From the NCBI RefSeq assembly GCF_037042905.1, contig NC_087250.1, positions 26,104,001-26,168,000 of the forward strand: a stretch of DNA of 64,000 nucleotides, read 5' to 3'. Each line of letters begins with the position of its first letter. The first letter of the stretch is position 1. The notes under the pieces are model-generated. The model saw only the letters and a program-made list of their open reading frames with translations. It searched no databases and was not told the origin of the DNA. Position numbers and translations under genes: made by a program. This document shows positions 39,561 through 50,016 of this stretch, one piece after another. This DNA is from Lytechinus pictus (Eukaryota).

Positions 39561-41049
39561 GTAAAGTCTGCATGGTGACTTGTTTTCATTTTTTTTGTGT
39601 GAAATTTTTAAAGTTACTTTCCGCGCGCCGGCTTCGAATCTTCACACGCGCGCCCCTCGAAATTGGAGTACAGTTAGAGTGACGTATATTTCGTCCTCAG
39701 CTGGATTTTGAAAATATGGGGATTTTCGAAAGCCTGTGGGGACGAAAAAAATATGGGGATTAAACAAACTTTGGGAATTTTTTTTGGTCTGTTTCAGGGG
39801 ATTTTTGAAGGTTTTGGTGAAAAACAATCAAATTTGCTATTTTTCTGTAAAATAACGCTAATATAGCGGTGGACAAAAAATATGATATTTATTTATCCTC
39901 CTCTATGTATACGATCTACTGTAGATAGTTAACGCTGGCTTAACCCAATCATGGTTCCCAACTTTTCAAGCAAACAAAAATCCCTGATTTTTCTCTGATG
40001 AAGTTTAAAAATTCCCGAATTATTTAAACCCAATTCCAGTTTATCATGTCTTCTAAATTGTTGCAGTGAAATACAGGTATTATTATTTTTTTAATTATGC
40101 ATCTATAATGTACCAGTAGGCCTATTGTAGTAAGAGAGGCTACACGAAAAAAAAAACATAACATGTCATTCAATGAATGCTGTTTTAATATACAACAAAA
40201 TATAACAGAGTCTGAATGACTATCGTGCTTTCGACTTTTGGGCCGATCAAAATTACCTGATTTTGCCCTCAAATGAGGCATTTTCCCCGGATTGAGGCAA
40301 TATCTGATTGTAGGAACGTTTAAAAAATCATAAATTTCCTTGATTTCCCTGATGGGGTGGGAACCTTGCCAATCCATTTTAAGGAGGAGGCGAAGAAGAA
40401 GAACACAAAACAGAATGAGAAGATACATAAGATAAAATACTACTGATAAAGGTGTGCAAGCGTAGACTATACTGTGTTATTACACGTCAGAATGAAGTGG
40501 CTGCTACCAAAATGGTCGCAGTGATGTTGTTGCATATAACCCGATAGACCTGTATAGTGTTATCAAACTTTATTTAACTGGTCTGTTATTTGCCTCCAAA
40601 CTAACTATTGAAATAACTAAACAAAATATTCATAACGAAATTACATAAACTAATGGCTTTGCAGTTTTGGAATCCCCCAAACTGCATAACTAGGCCATCA
40701 AGTTCAAGTATCGTCCATAATGATGCATCACAATTATTTAAAAGAGGCATAAACATGTTTACCAAATACGTATCCACACAATCAATTACATCATTTTTGT
40801 TCCTTTCTTCATAATAGTTTTATTCTGATGAAACCCCGCCATTTGACCATTATAAGCTACAAGGTCCCCAACTTATTGTTCTGTAAATGTGCATGCGGCG
40901 ATGTAATGATTATGAGTATGATTTAATTTTCATCATCATCTTATAATCGATATACAGGCCTAATTATAAGATTTATTTGATTAGAATAATTCATTTGATG
41001 AGCGACAATCTCATCATCGATAGTCCTTCACGGTGAGGTTTTGCGCCCA

Positions 41050-41900
41050 CCATGCAGCCCTACTAGGCAAAGAGCATTAGGTTTAACATGGAAATTTCTG
41101 GTAACAAGCTGATTTTTTTTAGGATAGGTCCTGCAATGTGTCTAGAATAACATACTAAAAGTCCCCATAAATCCTCCGTGGGGGTTTTCCGCAATCCAAG
41201 ATGGCGTCCAAAATGGCCGCCATCCACAGAAAATGCGCATAACTCACTCATTATTCACACTAGACATTACATTTCAGTGCATATTTCATGGTTAAAAGAG
41301 GTAAAAAATATATAGTGATATAGGTTAGAGTGGAAATAAGCATACCAGGGTACCTAAAAATCCAATATGGCGTCCAAAATGGCTGCCAAAGCCTAAAAAT
41401 CCACTATTTATCTATTACTTACTATAACGTCTTTAATTTGGTCTCTATTTAATGGTTTTAAGTAATGGTTTTTCAAGTAATAAATTAGGACAAGTTACAA
41501 GGACAGTCAGTGGTCAAGTATGTCTGAAAATGCAAGATGGCTTCCAAAAATGGAGTCCAAAATTGCCGTTTTTACTTGCAAATGGATTTGAGTTTGGTGT
41601 CTAAACCATGGTTAGAAAGGTAAAATAATACATTTAAAAACGCTAAAAGGCCATTCAGTGGTCCAGTTTGTCCAAAAATCCAAGATGGCTTCCAAAAATG
41701 GACTCTAAATTGACTGCTGTTACTAAAAAATTGGCATACTTCATTAAAAAATCCACCTGAGATATATAATATTGGTGTCTAAACCATGGTTTGAAAAGTC
41801 AAATAATACATTTGGACAAGTTAAAGGGACATTCAGCGGTCAGGTATGTCCCAAAATCAAAGATGGCTTCCAAAAACGGAGTGTAAGTTGACTGCTGTTA
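41050..41900. repeat. Repeat with ~150-180-bp periodic CAAGATGGC(G/T)TCCAAAA(A)TGG motifs, likely a DNA transposon subterminal array
   Basis: Motif at ~41195, 41361, 41532, 41680 and 41857. Confidence 0.65.
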
Positions 41901-42357
41901 CTGATTTTTTTTTAAATTGCTGTATATTTGCTACGGATGGTTAAGTGCAGTGCATACATGTAGATTGTTTAGAGTAACACCCATATGTTACCACAATGTG
42001 CCACAAAATATACCTTTTATAGGGAAAATAAATCTATCAAATCACCTGTGACATTTAGTCTTCAATAAGAGTTATATAAATATCTAATCATCCAACATTA
42101 TATTACATCCATATTAACTATAAATTCGTTCGAATTTACAATCTCGATTTACAATTTCGCGATGTTTAGGCCCCTACAGTCAATGAAAACTTTTGCACTG
42201 TTACTTTACAATTACATGTATTACCAATTCTCACCTTAGCTTTAAACAATATTAAAACGTCTCTATTAGGTCAGTATACCTGGCAACTGGGCGCGCTTCG
42301 AGCGCTCACTAAGTGACTCAAATTTTTTGCTGGTGCCCCCCCCCCCCCCCCCCCCAC

Positions 42358-42645
42358 TGGCAGCAATGATCATCCCATCACTGTCAACATAAACATACAC
42401 ACTACTAACATGAGTAATCCGGAAACCAGTCATTGGTATGCTGATGTTTCTAATCACCTGTCATTGTCTGTCATAGAGATAGATGCATCCATTCAACATG
42501 CGTCTCTTACCACATACTATTACATTACTGTCTATGGGCGCATACGATGTAATCAACTTACCTCCGCCAATGAGTTTCTCTTTGTGTTGAGTATTGATGT
42601 TTGTAACTTACCTGTCTTTGTTACGTACGTCTTGCACACATATCT
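42358..42645 (-). pseudogene. Beta-propeller fragment, copy B
   Basis: Translates ICVQDVRNKDR*VTNINTQHKEKLIGGGKLITSYAPIDSNVIVCGKRRMLNGCIYLYDRQ*QVIRNISIPMTGFRITHVSSVYVYVDSDGMIIAA. It is homologous to copies A and C and carries two stops. Confidence 0.85.
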
Positions 42646-42669
42646 ATGAGGCGCCGATTGTACCAATAT

Positions 42670-42985
42670 TATATAGAACAATTATTTGTTATATAATCAT
42701 TATTTATTGAATAATAACTATTATTTATATATAATTTACATTTTATTTGTAAATAATTACTATTATATAAAATAACATTTCTAATTATTTATATATAATT
42801 CCAAGTAATACTTCATTATTTGTAAATAATAATAGTTCGACATTCCATTATTTATAAATAATGATTATTTGTCTTTCATTATTTATAAATAATGATTATT
42901 TGATTTTCATTATTTATAAATGATGATTATTTGTTTTTCATTATTTATGAATAATGATTATTTGATTTTCATTATTTATAAATAA
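42670..42985. repeat. AT-rich ~31-bp minisatellite (CATTATTTATAAATAATGATTATTTG...)
   Basis: Tandem units are clear at 42845-42985. The array occupies the place of the deleted coiled-coil region of copy B. Confidence 0.8.
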
Positions 42986-43013
42986 ACAAGATTTTTACAC
43001 TTTTTCTTCTTAC

Positions 43014-43180
43014 TTGAAGGAAAGAGTTCATCAGCCAGTCGAATTTGACCAGCTTTCTTCAGAGCAGTCTTCAGACCTTCTCTCTCTTTAGCAATTTTCT
43101 GACCTTTACGCCATTCCTGGAGCATTTGAAGAGTTCCATCCCAAGTAATGATATGTGTTTTGTGATTAGTTGCTTTATAA
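43014..43180 (-). pseudogene. 5'-truncated DEATH-domain exon, copy B
   Basis: YKATNHKTHIITWDGTLQMLQEWRKGQKIAKEREGLKTALKKAGQIRLADELFPS A|gtaaga, paralogous to 49523-49799. The 5' half is replaced by CTCCAGACCCGGT repeats. Confidence 0.88.
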
Positions 43181-46100
43181 CTCTTTTCTCCAGACCCGGT
43201 TATTTAAAAAAAATGAATTAAAAAAACTTCAACAGTTCAAATCTAAGACCAATCTTCAAAAGTTACACCCTTACTGGGTGTAAAAATATGTATTTACTCC
43301 GCACCCAGGCCATTTTTTTTAAAATAATACTAAGACCCCTACAAAACATTGTAATAACGCATGGGTAAAGCAAACATCCTTTCTCCAGACTTGGTTATTA
43401 TTTGAAAAAAAAGATAGTTTTTACAAATATTGCTTTGTTTAAAGGGAGTCGGTATTTAGCTTATTGAAGTTATCAAATGAAGGTAATGTAGACTTCCCAC
43501 GGCTTCTAATTTTAAATGATTTAATGTCTGAAACCACATCTTCATCAAGTGCTTCAATGTGAGTGTAATACAGGATTGAGGGAGCGCCATCTTTCGACGT
43601 AGAATGAATAAGAATAAGAAAGCAGTTTCCCAAAAGAGAGAAATTAAATAAATTTTCCGTCCATCTAGCTTGTAACTGTGCTGATATTGTCTGGTTATAC
43701 ACAAAGCGTAAGGGCGTTTAGATCTACCCCCCCCCCTCTCCCTCTCTTTCTACTTCTTTTACTCTTGCTTGCTATCTCCATCCTCTTTCTCTCTTATCCC
43801 CATGTTTCCATCTCCTTAATCTAATCTTTCCTGGCAAGCCTAGTTATGTCTTCTTTAACTTAATTTTCACGAAACCAGTTCAATATACGGAGTTCAAATT
43901 CATCTGTTTTTTCACTTTTGTTATGAATTCCCATGATTGACAGGCTTTGTGATATATTTCACTTTACAATGATTATTAGATTACTTTGTTTTGAGAACAG
44001 AAAACAATGCTATACCCGTCTATTATATCATTCTTTATCACCATTTTCTCTCGATATCATTTTAATACTTCCTCTCCCCCTCTATCTCTCTCTCTCCCTT
44101 TATCTTAAGTTCTATTTCTCTTTCTCCGCCTTTAATCTCGTTGTCTCTCTTTATCCTTTCTTTCTTTCTCTATCTTTCTCTTTTCTCTACTTCCCCTTCG
44201 TCTGTCAACATCATTTTATTACTTTCGACCATTCATGCATGTCCTATATACTCATTTCCAGATCAAAAAAATTAACTGAATATACAGCTTTTTATTAATC
44301 AACACTTTTTTTTCAAATTTACTTCATTTATGCTGACAAAATTACTTGATTACAAAATTACATGATTATTTGTGCATTAAAGACACCCTCCTCATCAACA
44401 TGATGATGACACCCTGCAAAGTTTCCGATCAATTTACAATCTTAGATATTTTATTCAGAACGGTTGATAGTTGGGTTTTTAGATCAGTAATGTGCATACA
44501 ACTGGTTGTGGATTGGCTAACCTTTCTCGAAATGTACTAAATTACCATAATCTATATAGTAAAGATATTTACTTTCTATTTCTACATGACTATTTTCATC
44601 TCACAAGTAGGTTAAAATAATTTCGTCTTGATTAAAGTCTACACATCCCAAAACATTGGCGTTTTTAACTTTTCAAAAGTGCCAGTAATTCACAACAAAG
44701 TATAATGAACATATTTATAATAAAAACTAAACGTATACTCCCCACTCATATTGTAATATACACTTGAAAATAACAGATCATGATCATAGTAAATCATCAC
44801 ATTGTATCATAATAGAAATGTTCATTATGTACATTAATTTTCCTAGTTTATAGAGCGAATTGTAATCAGCTGTATAAGAGCAATAATATTGAGCATATCA
44901 AACAAAGATTGGATTTTCAGGTGTTTCGATGGATAGTTAACATAGTAACAACGCTTCTCAGCCAATCAAAATCAATAATAGTCGTAAGATCTGACTAATT
45001 GTCAGGAGAAATTTATTTATAGAACTCTCTCCCGCTCTCTCTTTGGGAGCGAATTTTTAATAAGCAATGATATAGATAATAACAAGCTATTGAATTGATA
45101 CTTTAAATAAAACATAAACCCTTTATCATTACAATTTTAATTATTATTATTGATCATTACAAATTTGATTATTGTAAGAATACATTCGGTAGGATTCCTT
45201 TGTATAAATGACACATTTCTACATTAACACAACACACCTTAGACAATACAAATTTATAAACAACGCATTGGAGCAACATATGCCATATACAGTACAAACT
45301 GTTTACAAACTTGACGCAGTATTAAATGATAATGAAAAAAAAATTAATTGAATATTATACAGCCTCCTTAATATGAAACCACGAACATAAGCTATGATAT
45401 GTACAGTTGTTTGTCAAATTATCTTACTCTGTGTGTTACACAGCAAATATATTCCTGTTTTATTTATTTACAGCATGGTACGTTCGACTACCAGATGTTT
45501 ATATGTCCATGTGGAAGTTACTGAACGTAGCGGGCGTCAATACATCATTACAGTCGTTAACAAAAAAAACAACTAAAAAATCTGTCAACAATCCAAAGGC
45601 TTGCTACTTGAGATTCCATAGCCAGGTAGTAAGTGTAATATGATATAATAGATTAAACATGTGGTACAAGAAATCTTAATTAATCTTTGTTGAAAATATA
45701 AAGCCGATATATGAGGATAAAGTAAACGGTGTAGAGACGAAAGTAAATGAACTGATTGAAATAAGCGATATGATGTAATACTTTTATGAATATATTAAAT
45801 ATGGAGTGTGCTGAGTCATTTTGAGATGGACGTCAGATGTTTCTACAGAGTGAGAATATTCAATTGGTGTAAAGAGAATTATGGGGGAACCATATTCATT
45901 TCTGTCTATCTTCATCATATCCATTGTGATATGTATGTTGACTGAACAAGGATTCTATTACACAAAATGAGTTTTTCTCTTATTTTCTGTTAACATTCAT
46001 GAGAGGGATTACGTACACTAAAAAATTTAATGATAATAATAATAGTTCGCTTTTATATAGCTCTTAATACATCTGAACGACGTGTCAAAGCGCTTTGCAT

Positions 46101-46404
46101 ATCATTACCCCAGTGGATGTTTCATGAAAGTTTTCAGCACGGATTAATTTGTAAGCACTGACAATTTCAGTGAGATCCTTGGTTTTGATTGGCTCAGAGG
46201 CTCAGGTTCTGACTGCTGCTATGGTAATTGTCGAAAAAGACAACTTGTCAATGCTGACAAGTTTCATGAAACGGTCGCCAGGTCACCGGATTTAATCAGT
46301 CATTCCCGCTCACAAATTCATGCATCCTCGATTCCCCAATAATCTGAATGCTCAGCGCCAGCTGAAATATGATTCATAACTGAGTATTTCATTTGATACC
46401 ACTA

Positions 46405-46758
46405 ATAATGATGATAATCCGCTTTTATATAACGCTTAATACATCGGAACGGTGTGTCTGAGCAATTTACATGTATACTACTACCCCGGTCATCGCATTC
46501 AATCAGTCATTCCCGCACACAATGTGAGCACATCATCCACACCCTGGGGAGTATTCCAGTCAGTCGCCGATGAGGCGCATACAGTACTGGACAAGCTGCA
46601 ATGCCTTTCCCATCCTACCGGGTACCCATTTAGCACCTGGCTCGAGAGTGGCAAAGTGTGGATTAACACCTTGCCAAAGGACGCCAGGCCTCGTTGAAAT
46701 TCGATCACACGACCCTTTGTTTACAAGGTGATAGTCAGAAACATTATACCACGGTTCC
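46405..46758 (-). mobile_element. tRNA-derived SINE; a second 3' fragment at ~46030-46340 is split by a MITE (~46110-46280)
   Basis: The minus strand has a tRNA-like head GGAACCGTGGTATAATG...GGGTCGTGTGATCGAATTTC, a central CCTTTGGCAAGG...CCAGGTGCTAAATGGGTACC block and a tail TATTAAGCGTTATATAAAAGCGG(ATT/ATC)n. Confidence 0.8.
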
Positions 46759-47340
46759 TACACTTGTACTTCACATCACTTTTTTCCCTCTCATTTTAAT
46801 ACAATTTTATTTTACCTCACCTTGCTTGCAACAGAATAAAACATGAAATCAACCTGATGGATAGATTTGATTCAAAGAACCGATAAAGTTAAGAGCAAAT
46901 TTAATCCAAGGGGTAAAGCCATCACTGTTAGGAGAATAATACCGAATAACATTGAACGAAATAGGGTTTGGTAAATGATCGGGTTCCGCTTACATGCACA
47001 ACTTAGTAATTAATTCGTCATATGTCATGCATGCTGGGTTCAGCCATTCCTATAGACGTTCTACAGGGAACATGACAAGTAGGCGATTGATTAACCAATT
47101 TATATTAGTTTTATTTGTTTATGAGTAAACTATACATTTCAAAGCGTAAATCTAGACGGGTGAATCTTAGACACTGCATTTTGTAAGACATACATTGCAC
47201 CTGTATACTGGTACAACATTCACATCGTGCATTGTGAATGTAGTTATGTTGGAGGACATGAATTAAAATGAAAATGAAGCTGAAAATAAGTATCTCGTCT
47301 ATAATTCTTTTAAAAATCATTCCTTGAAATACTTGATGAT

Positions 47341-48932
47341 TTACAAGATGAATGTCTTCTTGTAGATATGAAGTTTGTGTCCATCACATCCTACGAGGTT
47401 ACCAGAAGAAGTAACAAGAAAAGGGTTGACGTCTTTGGGAGAGTAATTTGATCGCACGTATTCCACGATCCTCCTTGCTTGGACGATACCATCAGGTGAC
47501 ACCTGATCAGCTGTGATGATCTTATGCGCTCTATCCCAGTATTTGACGTAGAGTGTGTCTGTCAGTTTGTCAACGCGACACTCTGACAATGCCCACCACC
47601 CCTTACGGTATATGAGAGCCTTCTCTTCACCTGATCGTGAGATGACATGGTGTACGCTAGAAGCTCCATAACCTGCAATCACGATATCACCTGATGACAA
47701 GGTTTGTATCGCACCCCACACCGCCTGATCCCCATTAATAGTGTTTACTATCTCACCATCAGCAGGATTGATGACGTAGATATTATACTGACAGTACTGA
47801 GCAGCGATGATCATCCCATCCTTGTCAACATCAAAGTACACCTCATCATGCTCTCCAATCCTTGGTATGCTGATGTCTCTAATCACCTTCCATTGTCTGT
47901 CAAAGAGAGTGATGCATCTACCTACAAAGTCGTCCGAGTAGTCAATTCCCCTAATACCACTTACTATTACGGTACTGCCTATGGGCACACATGATGTAAT
48001 CAACCCAGTACCATCAATGACTTTCTCTGTGTGTTGCGTTTTGAAGTTTGTAACATACACGGCAAAGTTATTTCGATCCTGAACACATATTTCATCATCA
48101 CTGACCAAACCTCCCACATGCGGTTCTTTAACAACCGATGAAATGTTGATTGACTTGACAAGTTCCCATTTACCGATATACCCATCAATTCTACCATAGT
48201 ATTTTCCATCTACTTCCCCCTCTACAAACTTCACTCTCTCAACTTCATTCTGTATTTGGTCAAGGCAGTCGCTAACATCTTGATGAACATTCAAACTTAA
48301 ATTTTCATCAATGGATGCAAGTACTTGAGGAGCTTCATTCACCAATGTTTCATCATGTTGGTTATCCTTTATAGCATCCGGAATCTTACCAGTAAGATCC
48401 ATTATCTTGTCGGAAACTATTTCGCTGATTTTATCTGTGTCTGACAAGCATGGTAACAATTTAGCTTGTTTGTCTTCGCTTATTTTTTGTTCCCGTGCTA
48501 TCTCACCTTTATAGGCTTCGATCTGTTTTTGTCGCCTTTCTTTTATTGCTCGTATTTCCTTATCTGCCTCCTTGTCAATATCCCTAATCAATTTATTTTT
48601 TTCCCGTTTTATATCATTAAAATTACCTTTAATATCTTCCAATGTCTCTTGTATATCACCCTTAATTGTATCGAGATGCTTACTTGATGAATTCGAAAGG
48701 TCCGTAAGTTTCGATTCAACTATCTTGCGCGGTTGTTTAATTTTCTCTAACATGGCCCGTTTCTCATCATGGTCCATGTTCTCATCGACTTGCTTCCTCA
48801 TGTCGTCTCCAGTGTCGTCTCGGTCACGTTGTTTTTGGTCGTCTTCTTTGACACTCGGAGAAGGAATTTCGACTTTGCGTCGCTTTGCTTTGACATCTCT
48901 GTCATGTATTTTAGTCTGAGATACAGAGTAAC
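47341..48932 (-). CDS. DEATH-coiled coil-beta-propeller protein, copy A, coding exon 2 (linker, coiled coil, NHL-like/6-bladed propeller)
   Basis: The acceptor ttttttccgatgtag|GTTAC at 48932 is phase 1 and open in frame into the 486-aa ORF. A charged heptad-rich helical region is followed by repeated beta-strand blocks (ITLFDRQWKVIRDI, DVDKDGMIIAA, IYVINPADGEIVNTI), as in the C-termini of invertebrate TRIM-NHL-like proteins. Confidence 0.85.
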
Positions 48933-49522
48933 CTACATCGGAAAAAATAACAAGAATATTAAATTTAATACTTAAATGTGATTGTTTTAGCCTCTGATTT
49001 CCCAGCGGTCGCCAATTAGGGGATGTGCTTTTATCTTCTCAAAGACGTTACTCTCTTGATAAGAAGAAAGAAGGGCCATTTTTTTTAAACACTCAATCTA
49101 TTTTGACTTCTAACAGTCTAAGGCGGGTGCTCGACAACTACACCTCTCTAACCGGATGTCTTAAGATTAAATCATTACAAAAAAATCGAATTATTCGAAA
49201 AGTTAGAAAATGATAATTTTTATTGAGAATTAAACAGAATTACGAAGGGAAGTTAGGAAAATAAATTATTTTCTTTCTTCAAGGATCAATAGTAGAAGAG
49301 GCCCGTCGTTGGCGGAGCAAAGAAAAGGGGAACGAAGAGAAAAAAGGGTGAAGAAAAGAAGGGACTGAGAAGAAGAAGAAGAGAAGGAGGAAGAAGAAGA
49401 AGGAGAACAATAAATTAGCACGGTGTACTAATACCAAAATACCAGGAAATGAATTTTTAAAAGCGGCCTGAAACTTTTTATCAGAATAAATAAGATTTGT
49501 ACACTTTATTTTTTTTTCTTAC

Positions 49523-49799
49523 TTAGAGGAAAGAGTTCATCAGCCAGATGAATTTGACCTGCTTTCTTCAGAGCAGTCTTCAGACCTTCTCTCTCTGTTG
49601 CAATTTCTTGACTTTTACGCCAATCCCGGAGCATGTTAAGAGTTCCATCCCAAGTAACGTTCTGTGTTTTGTGATTAGTTGCTATATGACGTTGAACATC
49701 GGTAGGAGTAAATCCAAGCTCTCTTCCCAATGTGTCGATTTCCGAGTTTAGGAAGACTTGTTTAGCCACTTTAATCAGGAGATTATCAAATTCCGTCAT
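49523..49799 (-). CDS. DEATH-coiled coil-beta-propeller protein, copy A, coding exon 1 (DEATH domain)
   Basis: MTEFDNLLIKVAKQV...IDTLGRELGFTPTDVQRH...TLNMLRDWRK...EGLKTALKKAGQIHLADELF follows the death-domain pattern (LGRxLG, MLxxW, LxxAL, LADxL). The acceptor is at 49823, an in-frame stop lies upstream of GCCATG, and the donor A|GTAAGA at 49523 is phase 1. Confidence 0.88.
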
Positions 49800-50016
49800 G
49801 GCTTCTGCCTACTTTGGGGTTACCTGTAGAAGGAACAATTAAAAATCAAACTTAATGCCATTAGTAATAATCATGGGTGTCGATCCTGAGCGGATGGGGG
49901 AGGGGGGATAAATCCTTAAAAAAAAAATCAAGTGGGGATGACCTTTACAGTCACCCCCCCCCCTCCCCTAAATAAGGGCATGGACAAAAGAAACGGTATA
50001 TCTCCAGAAAATAATC

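Noticed and set aside
43439..43704. Two overlapping ~85-aa minus-strand ORFs next to copy B
   Set aside because: No recognisable domain and no similarity to the DEATH or propeller exons.
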